Source: an uncultured Clostridia bacterium
GTDB taxonomy: Bacteria; Bacillota; Clostridia; Oscillospirales; UBA644
Direction: 5' to 3'
DNA: 40,891 nucleotides
Assembly: GCA_944386305.1 (NCBI GenBank)
Contig: CALXAN010000061.1
Location: forward strand, 1 to 40,891
Below, in pieces: positions 17,438 through 27,631 of this stretch. The notes beneath the pieces were generated by a model, which did no database searches, was not told the origin of the DNA, and worked only from the letters and a program-made list of their open reading frames with translations. A program made the translations under genes and the position numbers. Position 1 is the first letter of the stretch. The number at the start of each line of letters is the position of its first letter.

Positions 17438-18823
17438 TTACAGCATGCCCGTTTTGTTCCTTATATCCTCGTCTATGGTCTGCGCCGCCGTCTTGCCTGC
17501 GCCCATGGCGAGTATTACCGTCGCCGCGCCCGTGACCGCGTCGCCGCCCGCGTATACCCCCGGCCTGGAGGTTCGTCCGCGTTCGTCGGTTATTATTCCG
17601 CCTTTAGGCGAGGTCTGCAGTCCGTCGGTCGTGGACCGTATCAGCGGGTTGGGCGACGTGCCTATGGCTATTATCACGCAGTCGCACTCTATGCTGAACT
17701 CCGAGCCCTCTACCTTGACGGGCCTGCGCCGGCCCGAGCTGTCGGGTTCTGCGAGCGTCATTTTTACGCAGTCCACGCTCTGCACCGACCCGTCGGCCGC
17801 GGCGTTTATCCTCACGGGATTGCACAGCGTGCGCAGCAGCACGCCCTCCTCGCGGGCATGCCTGACCTCTTCGCGCCGTGCGGGGAGCTCGGTTTCGGAG
17901 CGTCTGTATACTATGCTGACCTCCTGTGCGCCCAGCCTTACCGCGCACCTTGCCGCGTCCATGGCGACGTTTCCGCCGCCCACCACTACCGCGCGCGAGG
18001 GCCTGACTACCGGCGTGTCGCTGTCGGGGAGGTAGGCTTTCATCAGATTTATCCTGGTCAGGAACTCGTTGGCCGAATATACCCCTTTGCTGTTTTCGCC
18101 CGGAATACCCATGAAATTGGGCAGACCCGCGCCCGAACCTATAAATACGGCTTCGTATTCCTGCAGCAGGTCGTCTATCGTTTCCGTGCGGCCCACGATC
18201 GAATCGGTCTGTATGCGCACGCCGATTTCTTTGAGCTGTTCTATCTCGCGGCGGACTATCGCTTTAGGCAGTCTGAACTCGGGTATGCCGTATTCCAGTA
18301 CGCCTCCCGGCGCGTGCAGAGCCTCGAATATGCTCACCTCATAGCCTCTGCCCGCCAGCTCTCCCGCGCATGCCAGCCCCGCGGGGCCCGAACCGACTAC
18401 CGCTACCTTGTGCCCGTTCGGCTCGGCGGCGCGCGCGGCCGAGGAGGAATGACGGTCCGCGACGAATCTTTCCAAATTTCCTATAGCTACGGGCTGGCCC
18501 TTGGCGCCCCTGACGCATTTGCTCTCGCACTGCGTCTCCTGCGGACATACTCTGCCGCAGATTGCGGGCAGCGAGCTGGACTGCGCTATTACGTCGTATG
18601 CCTGTTCAAATTTGCCGTCTGCGATCAGCGCGATAAATTCGGGTATGCGTATGCCGACCGGACATGCGCTCACGCACGGCATGTTCTTGCAGCCGAGGCA
18701 CCTGCGCGCCTCGTCTATTGCCTGCTGCTCGGTGTAGCCCAAAGCTACTTCGTCAAAGACGCTTCTCCTGCGTTCGGCGTCGAGCAGGGGCATGGGGTTG
18801 GATAGGGGGGACATGTTTTTCAT
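17438..18823 (-). CDS. nfnB: NfnB/GltD-like large subunit of NADH-dependent reduced ferredoxin:NADP+ oxidoreductase
   Basis: EARRCLGC..CVSACP, CGRVCPQETQCE, GSGPAG, YGIPEFRLPK, GGGNVAMD; ATGA overlap with the upstream gene at 18820-18823. Confidence 0.88.
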   Translation of the reverse strand: MKNMSPLSNPMPLLDAERRRSVFDEVALGYTEQQAIDEARRCLGCKNMPCVSACPVGIRIPEFIALIADGKFEQAYDVIAQSSSLPAICGRVCPQETQCESKCVRGAKGQPVAIGNLERFVADRHSSSAARAAEPNGHKVAVVGSGPAGLACAGELAGRGYEVSIFEALHAPGGVLEYGIPEFRLPKAIVRREIEQLKEIGVRIQTDSIVGRTETIDDLLQEYEAVFIGSGAGLPNFMGIPGENSKGVYSANEFLTRINLMKAYLPDSDTPVVRPSRAVVVGGGNVAMDAARCAVRLGAQEVSIVYRRSETELPARREEVRHAREEGVLLRTLCNPVRINAAADGSVQSVDCVKMTLAEPDSSGRRRPVKVEGSEFSIECDCVIIAIGTSPNPLIRSTTDGLQTSPKGGIITDERGRTSRPGVYAGGDAVTGAATVILAMGAGKTAAQTIDEDIRNKTGML

Positions 18824-19665
18824 GCTTTTGTCTGCCTCCATCCGGGTAGTTTGCAGCTTTCCCTGCGCTTAGTTTCAAATTCCCTGTACGAGCCTGCGCG
18901 CATTATCGCCTCGTCGAAATCTATCTTGTGCCCGTCAAACTCGGGCCCCTCCACGCAGGCGAACCTCGTCTTTCCGTCCACGGTCAGCCGGCAGCCGCCG
19001 CACATGCCCGTGCCGTCTATCATTATCGGGTTCATGCTCGCCACGGTCCTGACCCCGTACCCGCGCGTGAGCCCGCACACGAATTTCATCATTATCAGCG
19101 GCCCTATCGTCAGCACCTCGTCGTAGGTCTGTCCCTCGTCCAGCAGCCGTTTGAGCGCGTCGGTCACCATGCCTTTCTCTCCGGCGGATCCGTCGTCGGT
19201 CATGAGTATAAACTCGGAGGAATTGGCCTTAAACTCGTCCTGAAGTATCACTAGATCTTTGCTGCGGAAGCCCGCTATAGCGTGCACCTGCGCGCCCTGC
19301 GCGTGCAGCTTTTTGGCTACGGGCAGCGCTATGGCGCAGCCCACGCCTCCGGCCACTATCGCGACCCTGCTCAGCCCCTCAGTGTGCGTCGGGTTGCCCA
19401 AAGGGCCTGCAAAGTCCTGTATGTCGTCGCCCTCGTTCTTCAGGCTGAGCTTATACGTCGTCTCTCCCACTGTCTGAAATATTACGGTCACGTCTCCGCT
19501 GCGCGGGTCGTAGTCCGCTATCGTCAGGGGGATTCTCTCGCCGTTTTGGTCTGCCCGCAGTATGACAAACTGGCCGGGCTGAGCCTTTGCCGCTACGCTC
19601 GGCGCATGTACGCGCATGAGCGTGACGTCGCTGTTCAGGCTCTTTTTATATGTTATTTTATACAT
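18820..19665 (-). CDS. nfnA: NfnA (sulfide/dihydroorotate dehydrogenase-like FAD/NAD electron-transfer subunit)
   Basis: AQPGQFVILR, ERIPLTIAD, MIDGTGMCGGCR, FACVEGPEFDG; start MYKIT at 19665. Confidence 0.9.
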   Translation of the reverse strand: MYKITYKKSLNSDVTLMRVHAPSVAAKAQPGQFVILRADQNGERIPLTIADYDPRSGDVTVIFQTVGETTYKLSLKNEGDDIQDFAGPLGNPTHTEGLSRVAIVAGGVGCAIALPVAKKLHAQGAQVHAIAGFRSKDLVILQDEFKANSSEFILMTDDGSAGEKGMVTDALKRLLDEGQTYDEVLTIGPLIMMKFVCGLTRGYGVRTVASMNPIMIDGTGMCGGCRLTVDGKTRFACVEGPEFDGHKIDFDEAIMRAGSYREFETKRRESCKLPGWRQTKA

Positions 19666-19818
19666 TTGCTGCCTTTCCCTGCGGAGCCGCCCGCGGGCCG
19701 CTCCCATATATTATTTTCTGTTTTTTGTCAAATATTATCCGTCCCTGCCGCGCCCGCCGCGCAAAAAAACAGCGATATCCGACGCCGCTCGTACTCCCGT
19801 ATAAATGCACGCATCGAT

Positions 19819-19847
19819 ATTATAATATCGATTCATCATTTTGTCAA
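19819..19847 (-). promoter_or_regulatory. Consensus sigmaA promoter of the nfnAB-mdh operon
   Basis: Minus strand reads TTGACA-17 nt-TATAAT. Confidence 0.75.
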
Positions 19848-20138
19848 GTACGGTCGATATCTTTTAACAATAATACCGCGGCGGACGCTTTATTTTTACA
19901 AATAATACAGCGGCGAACGCTTTCTTTTTTATAATACCGTGACGGATATTTTTTATAATTAAAATTTGCTGTGTACGTTTTTTTGCTCGGAAAATGCGGC
20001 CGAGGCTGTCTTTCTGCCCTTGTTACAAAAATATGCGGCGGATCCGCCGTATGTGCCGATCCGCCGTCAGAACCATATCGCCGTTCGACGCTTTTGTAAG
20101 AGGCGCCGGGCGCGGTTTGGCCCGATACAGCCGAAGCG

Positions 20139-21719
20139 TCAGTCGGTGATAATGCTGTCCAGCCACGACTCGTGCTTGGGTATGCCCATGAGTGTGGTCA
20201 CGGTCGCGGCTATGTTTGCCAGGCCGAACTGCCCCTGCGACATGTGGTGCTCATGCTCGGGGTCGTATATGATAAACGGCACGGGATTGAGCGTGTGCGC
20301 GGTCTTGGGCTTGGGCGGCTGTCCGTCCTTTTTCTTCTCGTACATTTCGTCGGCGTTGCCGTGGTCGGCCGTGACGATGAGCGCGTATCCGGCCTCGCGC
20401 GCGGCCTGCGCTATCCTGGCCAGGCACAGGTCTACCGTCTCGACGGCTATCTTTGCCGCGGGGAACGAACCTGTGTGCCCCACCATGTCGCCGTTGGGGA
20501 AGTTGGCCCTGATAAAGCCGTATTCGCCCGATTTTACCGCCTCGATGACTTTGTCGGTTATCTGCGCGGCCTTCATCCACGGCCTTTGGTCAAAGGGCAC
20601 TATGTCGGACGGCACTTCCTCGAAGACCTCCAGCTTTTCGTCAAATTTCTCGCTGCGGTTGCCGTTCCAGAAATAGGTCACGTGCCCGTACTTCTGCGTC
20701 TCGGACACCGCGTATTCCTTTATTCCCTCCGCCACGAGCCGTTCGCTGAGCGTGTTTTTGATATGCGGGGGGGTGACAAGATAGTTCTTCGGTATCTTAA
20801 GGTCCCCGTCATACTGCAGCATGCCCGCGTATACTACGTCGGGGCGGCGCACCCTGTCGAATTTGTCGAACTGCTCCTCGTCGAAGGCCCTGGAGATCTC
20901 TATGGCTCTGTCGCCCCTAAAGTTCAACAGCACCACGCTGTCTCCGTCCTCCACCGTGCCTACGGGCCTGCCGCCGTCAGCTATGACGAACGGGTCGAGG
21001 TCCTGGTCTATCGCGCCCGTCTCGTCCCTGAGCGTGTTTATCGCCTCGGCGGCGGATGCAAACTGTCTGCCCCTGCCCAGCACGTGCGTATCCCAGCCCA
21101 GCTTGACCATGCCCCAGTTTGCCTCATAGCGGTCCATGGTTATCTTCATTCTGCCGCCGCCCGAGGCTATGCGCGCGTCGAAGTCGGGGCCGCTGAGTTC
21201 GTCGAGCAGTTTTTGCAGCTCCTCGACGTAGGTCAGCGCGCTGGTGGCGGGCACGTCTCTGCCGTCCAGCAGGATGTGCACGCGGCACTTCTTTACGCCC
21301 TCGGAGGGCAGCTGCCTGAGCATGGCCTCAAGGTGATGTATGTTTGAATGCACGTTGCCGTCGCTGAGCAGGCCGATGAAGTGCATGGTTGAACCGTTCT
21401 TTTTGCAGTTGTCCGTCAGTTTTTTCCAGGCTTCGGAATGGTATATTGCGCCCGATTCGATAGATTCGTTGACTAACTTTGCGCCCTGTGAGTATATTTG
21501 GCCGCAGCCTATGGCGTTGTGCCCTACCTCGCTGTTGCCCATATCCTCGTCCGACGGCAGGCCCACGGCCGTGCCGTGCGCCTTGATGGCGGTGTGGGGG
21601 CAGGTCTGCAGCATCATGTCCAGTGTGGGCGTGTAGGCCGCCTTTACCGCGTTGCCCCAGTCGGAACCGTTGATGCCCACGCCGTCCATTACGATAATAA
21701 TCACGTTTCTTTTCATCAT
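20139..21719 (-). CDS. gpmI: 2,3-bisphosphoglycerate-independent phosphoglycerate mutase
   Basis: DMGNSEVGH, SDGNVHS, LDGRDVP, NFRGDRA, DMVGHTG, TADHGNAD. Confidence 0.96.
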   Translation of the reverse strand: MMKRNVIIIVMDGVGINGSDWGNAVKAAYTPTLDMMLQTCPHTAIKAHGTAVGLPSDEDMGNSEVGHNAIGCGQIYSQGAKLVNESIESGAIYHSEAWKKLTDNCKKNGSTMHFIGLLSDGNVHSNIHHLEAMLRQLPSEGVKKCRVHILLDGRDVPATSALTYVEELQKLLDELSGPDFDARIASGGGRMKITMDRYEANWGMVKLGWDTHVLGRGRQFASAAEAINTLRDETGAIDQDLDPFVIADGGRPVGTVEDGDSVVLLNFRGDRAIEISRAFDEEQFDKFDRVRRPDVVYAGMLQYDGDLKIPKNYLVTPPHIKNTLSERLVAEGIKEYAVSETQKYGHVTYFWNGNRSEKFDEKLEVFEEVPSDIVPFDQRPWMKAAQITDKVIEAVKSGEYGFIRANFPNGDMVGHTGSFPAAKIAVETVDLCLARIAQAAREAGYALIVTADHGNADEMYEKKKDGQPPKPKTAHTLNPVPFIIYDPEHEHHMSQGQFGLANIAATVTTLMGIPKHESWLDSIITD

Positions 21720-21791
21720 TTTGCCTCTCTTCCTAAAAAAAAGATATTCCCGCTTTTCCTATAGACATGCGCCGCCTTTTCGGCGCCGTGC

Positions 21792-22997
21792 TCAGACGTT
21801 CATGCGGGCCCTTACTTCGTGTATAAACTCCTCCGCGTGCACGGTTTTTATGTTTTCGAGCGTGGATATAGAGGCTATGTCGCCCGTCATCACGCCCTGC
21901 TCTATCGTGCGCACTGTGGCCGCCTGCAGCTCGTCGGCAAACGCGGACAGCGCGGAGTTGCCGTCCTTTTCGGCCCTCTTGCGCAGCGCGCCCGCCCAGG
22001 CGAATATGGTGGCGGTGGAGTTGGTGGCCGTCTTTTTGCCCTTGAGGTGTTCGTAGTAGAAGCTCTGCACCGTGCCGTGCGCCGCCTCGTATTCGTACGC
22101 CCCGTCCGGCGATACCAGCACGGAGGTCATCATCGCCAGGCTGCCGTACGCCGCGGCCAGCATGTCCGAAAACACGTCCCCGTCGTAGTTCTTGGCCGCC
22201 CAGATAAATCCGCCCTCAGAGGTCATCACCCTTGCCACCGCGTCGTCTATGAGCGTGTAGAAATACTTTATGCCCGCCCGCTCGAATTCGGCTTTGTACT
22301 CTTGCTGATATATGTTTTCGAATATTTGCTTGAATCTGCCGTCGTAGGTCTTGGATATCGTGTCCTTTGCCGCGAACCACAGGTCCTTTTTCTCCGACAC
22401 GGCGTATTCAAAGCACGCTCTCGCAAACGAGGCTATGCTCGCGTCCGTGTTGTGCATGCCCATGACCACTCCGCCGCCGTTTTTAAAGTCATGTACGGGT
22501 ATGCGCCTGGCCGTGCCGTCTGCCAGCGTTATCAGCAGCTCCGCTTTCGCCCCGGCGGGTACGGCGTCTTCCGCGCTCTTGTATATGTCTCCGTAGGCGT
22601 GTCTTGCTATCGTTATCGGCTTCTTCCAGGTCGATACGAGCGGGGATATGCCCCTGACCGTGATAGGCTGTCTGAACACCGTGCCGTCGAGGACTGCGCG
22701 TATCGTCGCGTTCGGACTGGGCCACAGTTTGCTCAGGCCGTATTCTTTCTGCCTGGCGGCGTTGGGCGTTATCGTGGCGCATTTGACGGCTACTTGATAT
22801 TTTTTGGTCGCCTCGGCAGCCTGTACGGTCACCTCGTCGCAGGTCAGGTCCCTGTTGCGTATGCCTAGGTCATAGTATTCCGTGCGCAGGTCCACGTACG
22901 GCTCTATGAGATATTCCTTTATCCAGCGCCAGATGACGCGCGTCATCTCGTCCCCGTCCATCTCCACGATGGGGTTGTCCATCTTTATCTTTTCCAT
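21792..22997 (-). CDS. icd: NADP-dependent isocitrate dehydrogenase (type II)
   Basis: VEMDGDEMTR, VKCATITP, ARHAYGD, KNYDGDV, EAAHGTV; likely start MEKIK at 22997. Confidence 0.95.
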   Translation of the reverse strand: MEKIKMDNPIVEMDGDEMTRVIWRWIKEYLIEPYVDLRTEYYDLGIRNRDLTCDEVTVQAAEATKKYQVAVKCATITPNAARQKEYGLSKLWPSPNATIRAVLDGTVFRQPITVRGISPLVSTWKKPITIARHAYGDIYKSAEDAVPAGAKAELLITLADGTARRIPVHDFKNGGGVVMGMHNTDASIASFARACFEYAVSEKKDLWFAAKDTISKTYDGRFKQIFENIYQQEYKAEFERAGIKYFYTLIDDAVARVMTSEGGFIWAAKNYDGDVFSDMLAAAYGSLAMMTSVLVSPDGAYEYEAAHGTVQSFYYEHLKGKKTATNSTATIFAWAGALRKRAEKDGNSALSAFADELQAATVRTIEQGVMTGDIASISTLENIKTVHAEEFIHEVRARMNV

Positions 22998-23101
22998 CCT
23001 CAAACATCCTTTCATGGCCATTTAAGAAATAATTATATCATAAAGAAAGATTTATGTAAATATCCCGCCGCCGCGCGCCCGGTCTTTTTTTGAAAAAAAG
23101 C

Positions 23102-23130
23102 TTGACAAATCACCTATTGTGATGTATGAT
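23102..23130 (+). promoter_or_regulatory. sigmaA promoter containing a palindromic operator-like site
   Basis: TTGACA-17 nt-TATGAT; the spacer contains ATCAC-N5-GTGAT. Confidence 0.6.
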
Positions 23131-23540
23131 ATACGTGCTGAATTTGGCATATCGGCCTTTCCCTGCGTATTTTTGCCTGAATAGTGGCATTGCGCGTTTT
23201 GTGTATTTTCTTTGATATGCAGAAGTTTTTCTGCGCAGGCGTTCTGCTGCAGGAGTTTTGGCGGAGTTGTTATATCTTTGAGACAGCTTTGTTCTGTCGC
23301 AGGGATAAAACTATTGATTGAGGTCGATTGCACGGACAAAGCGGCATATCTGACGGAATTTGCGAAACGCAAATGCAATATTATTTTAAAATCTGTGATA
23401 AAATAGCTGAAAAAAATGCCTGTGCGTCGCATGCCGTGATTTTGCGCGCCGGACCTGTCTGCACGTTCGCAGGCTGATGCCTTTATATTTTTGATGATTA
23501 TCACGTTGACTGTAAAGTCAGGTAAGGGGAGGATTGTTAT

Positions 23541-23960
23541 ATGGACTTCGGCAAGAACCTGAGATATCTGCGTAAAAAGGCAGGCCTGAAGCAGCGCGAC
23601 CTCAGCGCGGCGTTCGGAGTGGCTCTTAGCACCGTGGCGATGTGGGAGACGGGCAAGCGCCAGCCTGACCTTGATACAGTCAAAAAAATAAGCGAATATT
23701 TCGGCGTATCGGCCGACGAGCTGATATCGGACGGATTCGGCTCCGCATGCGCCGAGCCTGAATTGAAAGAAAAGGAACGGCCGCTGGGACTCACCGGCAT
23801 GTCGGACGAGCTGGCCGAGCTGCGGCAGATGCTGCGTACCAGGCCCGAGGTCAAGATGCTCTTTTCGGTATCCAAAAACGCCAGCCGCGAGGATATAGAG
23901 CGCGCCGTGGCTATCATAGAAGCTCTCAAGAGCAGCTCGGAGGCCAGGACGGAGGACTGA
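23541..23960 (+). CDS. XRE-family repressor (ImmR/CI-like, 139 aa)
   Basis: FGKNLRYLRKKAGLKQRDLS..STVAMWETGKRQPD HTH; GGGGAGG RBS. Confidence 0.9.
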   Translation: MDFGKNLRYLRKKAGLKQRDLSAAFGVALSTVAMWETGKRQPDLDTVKKISEYFGVSADELISDGFGSACAEPELKEKERPLGLTGMSDELAELRQMLRTRPEVKMLFSVSKNASREDIERAVAIIEALKSSSEARTED

Positions 23961-23962
23961 GC

Positions 23963-24175
23963 ATGGGCGAGGTTTATATACGGCTGGTCAAGCTGCCCGC
24001 CACTGTGCGCGGAGTTACCGTGGCGGATGAGAACGGCGACTACAACATTTATATCAATTCGCTGCTTTCCTCCGACCAGCAGCAGCTGGTGCTGCGCCAC
24101 GAGATGACTCATGTCAGGCGCGACGATTTCGGCAGCTTTGACGATATATTCGATATAGAAGACATGGCGCCCTGA
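23963..24175 (+). CDS. Minimal ImmA/IrrE-like metallopeptidase (70 aa)
   Basis: YNIYINSLLS..QQLVLRHEMTHV (HExxH); GGAGGA RBS; starts 2 nt after the XRE stop. Confidence 0.8.
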   Translation: MGEVYIRLVKLPATVRGVTVADENGDYNIYINSLLSSDQQQLVLRHEMTHVRRDDFGSFDDIFDIEDMAP

Positions 24176-24384
24176 GACATTCGCGCGCGCCTCATATTTG
24201 CGCGCGGACGGGGTATAATAGCTTTGTGAGCCTGTCGGCGTTTTTTTGCCGAACGGCGGCGCGGGCGGGAAAATGCGGATTTGACGATTAAGCAAGCTGT
24301 CGGGAGCCGAAAAATGCGGCGCTGCTTTTTGTCCCTGTGCCTGAGAGCTCAAAGGCAGAAACTCGCCGCTGCGGCGGTGCTTAC

Positions 24385-24668
24385 GTTAAAGACGAAAATT
24401 TATCCGCGTCATTGCGGCGGCACATTTCTACCTCGGTGTATGCTCGTAGATCTTAAGACAGAAACTTATCCGCGCCGCTGCGGCGGCACATTTCGGTCTC
24501 GGCGTATGCCCGTAGATCTTAAGACAGAAACTTATCCGCGCCGCTGCGGCGGTGTACTTGACATATGTCCCCAGGCCCGCAAAGGCAAAAAAATATCCGC
24601 GTCACGGCGGCGCAGCCTCGGCGTATGCACGTGGATTTTAAGACATAAATTTATCCCTGCCGCTGCGT
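24385..24668. repeat. Degenerate tandem repeat, ~4 units of ~66 bp
   Basis: TTAAGACAGAAACTTATCCGCGCCGCTGCGGCGG at 24453 and 24519; degenerate copies near 24386 and 24638. Confidence 0.85.
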
Positions 24669-25001
24669 ATCTGTTTGCAGGCCCGCAAGGGCGAAAATCC
24701 GACGGAGCCGTTTTTCGGCGCGGTTTTAAGCGTGCTGTTTTGCGCGCCGTAGTATTTTGTGCTGCTGCGGCTGATCTTTTCGGGTCGGTATGTGCGCGCC
24801 GAGTCAGCCGCCACGTATTTTGCCCCAATCCCGGCAAGTTTGACACAGGATAGGCTCGGCGGGCGGCCTGGTCATGGTTTAAAAAAGCCTTTGCCGAAAG
24901 GTCAGTTTTTCTGTTAATAATAAGCTTTATCAAAAGATTCGGCGCTCGGCTTTGTACGGGCCGCCGTATTTTAGTTATATTAGTTATAGGAGATATGCAA
25001 T

Positions 25002-25823
25002 ATGAGTGAGAGCTGTACACACAACTGCGGCACCTGCGGCAGCGACTGCCCTTCGCGCAAGCCCGATCTTGCGGAGCTCAACGCTGACTCCAAGGTCAGG
25101 CATGTCATAGGCGTCGTGAGCGGCAAGGGCGGCGTGGGCAAAAGTCTTGTGACTTCGCTGCTGGCTGTTGCGGCACGCCGCCGCGGAAGCAGCGCCGCGA
25201 TAATGGACGCGGACATAACGGGCCCGTCTATCCCGAGGATGTTCGGCCTGCATCAGACTGCGGTAGCCGACGACAAGGGCATATACCCGGCCGAATCGGC
25301 TGCGGGCGTCAAGGTCATGTCGCTTAATCTGCTGGTCGAGGACGAGACCGCTCCGGTTATTTGGCGCGGGCCCGTAATAGGCGGCACCGTCAGGCAGTTT
25401 TGGACCGACGTGGTATGGGGCGACGTGGATTATATGTTCATAGACATGCCGCCGGGAACGGGCGACGTGCCGCTGACCGTCTTTCAGTCCATTCCCGTGG
25501 ACGGCATAGTGGTGGTCGCCTCGCCCCAGGACCTGGTGGGCATGATAGTGGAAAAGGCCGTAAACATGGCCGAGAGAATGAATATTCCTATTATAGGGAT
25601 TATAGAGAATTACAGTTATTTAGAGTGCCCCGACTGCGGCAGGCGCATAAAGGTCTTTGGTGACAGCGGCATAGACGATATCGCCGCCCGTCACGGGCTG
25701 CGCGTGCTTGCGCATATACCTATAGACCCCAGGCTGGCTCAGCTCTGCGACAGGGGCCAAATAGAGCTGTTCGAGGGCGATTTCATGGACGGGGCTGCAG
25801 ACTTTATATTGGCAGAGAAGTAG
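25002..25823 (+). CDS. mrp: Mrp/ApbC/NBP35-family Fe-S cluster carrier ATPase
   Basis: N-terminal CxxxCxxCxxxC, SGKGGVGKS, DADITGPS, WRGP, DMPPGTGD, CPDC. Confidence 0.94.
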   Translation: MSESCTHNCGTCGSDCPSRKPDLAELNADSKVRHVIGVVSGKGGVGKSLVTSLLAVAARRRGSSAAIMDADITGPSIPRMFGLHQTAVADDKGIYPAESAAGVKVMSLNLLVEDETAPVIWRGPVIGGTVRQFWTDVVWGDVDYMFIDMPPGTGDVPLTVFQSIPVDGIVVVASPQDLVGMIVEKAVNMAERMNIPIIGIIENYSYLECPDCGRRIKVFGDSGIDDIAARHGLRVLAHIPIDPRLAQLCDRGQIELFEGDFMDGAADFILAEK

Positions 25824-25827
25824 GGGC

Positions 25828-26289
25828 TTTCGTTTCCGAAATTCAAGATAGTTCTGCAAAAAAAGATATCAGCCGTTCTAATCTCAAACATTATATTGCA
25901 GAGACGCAGAGACCTTTCGTTTCTGAAGCTCAGGACAGTTCTGCAAAAAGATATCAGCTTTTTGAATCTCAAACACGCTCTGCGGCTTGGATTTGTTATT
26001 TCCCCGCGGCGGACAGGGCCGTTAGAATTTCAAGCACGCGCGGATAGAGCTGTTCGAGGGCGATTTCATGGACGGGGCTGCAGAGTTCTGTAAAAAAAGA
26101 TATCAGCCGTTCTAATCTCAAACATTATATTGCAGAGACGCAGAGACCTTTCGTTTCTGAAGCTCAGGACAGTTCTGCAAAAAGATATCAGCCTTTTGAA
26201 TCTCAAACATGCTCTGCGGCTTGGATAGAGCTGTTATTTCCCTGCGGCGGATATCGCTTCGGATTTCGCAGACGGGGGATTTATATTGG
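25828..26289. repeat. Nested direct repeats (period ~234 bp, ~87-bp subunit) containing a 41-bp exact copy of mrp 3' coding sequence
   Basis: The block at 25850-25992 recurs from 26084; 25761-25801 is identical to 26044-26084. Confidence 0.9.
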
Positions 26290-26328
26290 TTGTTTTGATA
26301 TATCGGCCGAAAGTTTTGATGCGGAATC

Positions 26329-26363
26329 AGAGCCGGGCTGACGCACAGCGTCAGCCCGGCTCT
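26329..26363. other. Perfect 16-bp GC-rich hairpin between convergent transcription units
   Basis: AGAGCCGGGCTGACGC-ACA-GCGTCAGCCCGGCTCT. Confidence 0.7.
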
Positions 26364-27271
26364 CAGCTTATTTTACAGCGGCCGCTTTTTATTCTGTTTT
26401 GCGGCGGCTGCGGTTGTGCCTGCGGCCGCCCCTGTTTCTGCGGTTTTTTCTATCTTGCGCAGCTTTTACAGCTCCTGCGTTCTTTCTTTTCTTGCAAATT
26501 CCCTGTATGGATTTTTTATTTCCCTGCGGGGGAGTCTTTTCTTAGCACATTTCTCGCTTGCATTCTTACATTACGTATTCCCCTGCGGGGCGTTCGATTT
26601 TTTCTTGCAGATTCTCTGCAGAGCTTTTGCATTCATATTCTTCAGCGGGTTCTTTTTTGTTTGCTCCCACGTTCAGCGGCTGGAACGCGTACCCGAAAAC
26701 ACAAAAACGGCGAACACCTGTGCCGCGGAGCGCATTCGGCAGGGTTCGATGAGAGCTTTTTTTGAATTTCCGTTCGGTTCCGCGCATGTGCATGTTCGGG
26801 CGGCGGATTTTTTTGCCGTACGGGAAAAGATGGGCCGTCCGTTAAAAAAACGCAGAGCGCGGCGTGATTTTCTGCTGCGGGGAAGGGGGGGGAGCTGAAA
26901 GTTCGCGGTATCGGCCGCCTGTACACAGACGTAAAAAAGTTAGGATTGTCCCGCGTGCAGGCGCCTGCACGCGGGACGCGGCGCATTGTGAAAAGAGTTC
27001 AGACGTGGATTCGCGGCGGAGGCGGGAGCCGTCCGAACCGCCTCGGCGGACAAAACGACGGGTTATGCCTCGGCTTTTCGGGCGGACGGTATGCCGCCGG
27101 ACTTCCTGTGCGGAAAGGCCGCAGGGGTAGCGGCTTTATACGCGCGCGCCCGTGCGAGATGCAGCGGCTGCGGAAAACGGCGAACGGAGCGCAGCCCGCT
27201 CTTTGAGCGAGCCCGGTTTTCAGCCTCGCATTCGGTTCGAACGCGGCGTGGGCACAGGGTTCGGCGCTTTT

Positions 27272-27556
27272 TTATTTAAACAGGTTCGGAAACGCGCGTT
27301 TGAGCGCGTCGAAGCCTCCGTTTGCGGCCAGCGCCGTAAGCATTCCGTTAAAAAGAATCAGCACGGCGCTGCTCGCGTTGAGCCTGCCTGTAAAATAATA
27401 CGCCGGGTACAGTATAGCTAGCGATATCGCGTAGCTCCATATTTGGGTCGGTATTTTTTTGACGAACCCCAGGTCTTTGGTGAACTGCGTTATCAGCACC
27501 ACCATTGCGAGCGCTCCAGCGAATGTGGCCAAGGTCTGCCAGTCGACGAATTGCAT
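27272..27556 (-). CDS. Small 3-TM membrane protein, phage holin-like (94 aa)
   Basis: WQTLATFAGALAMVVLITQFTK..KIPTQIWSY..ALAANGGFD; GGAGGTG RBS before ATG 27556. Confidence 0.75.
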   Translation of the reverse strand: MQFVDWQTLATFAGALAMVVLITQFTKDLGFVKKIPTQIWSYAISLAILYPAYYFTGRLNASSAVLILFNGMLTALAANGGFDALKRAFPNLFK

Positions 27557-27631
27557 ATGGTTCACCTCCGTTTTTCTTGATATTGCTCTCTTCGGCGGCC
27601 GCGCCTGAGCGGCAGTGAGCCGTGCGCGCGG

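Noticed and set aside
24293-24320. Seventh copy of the dispersed element (AAGCTGTCGGGAGCCGAAAAATG)
   Set aside because: Only a partial match to one end and the internal blocks are absent, so it was not counted.
26364-27270. ORFs or an ncRNA in the 0.9-kb GC-rich gap
   Set aside because: No RBS-supported ORF, no recognisable RNA motif, and no clear periodicity by eye.
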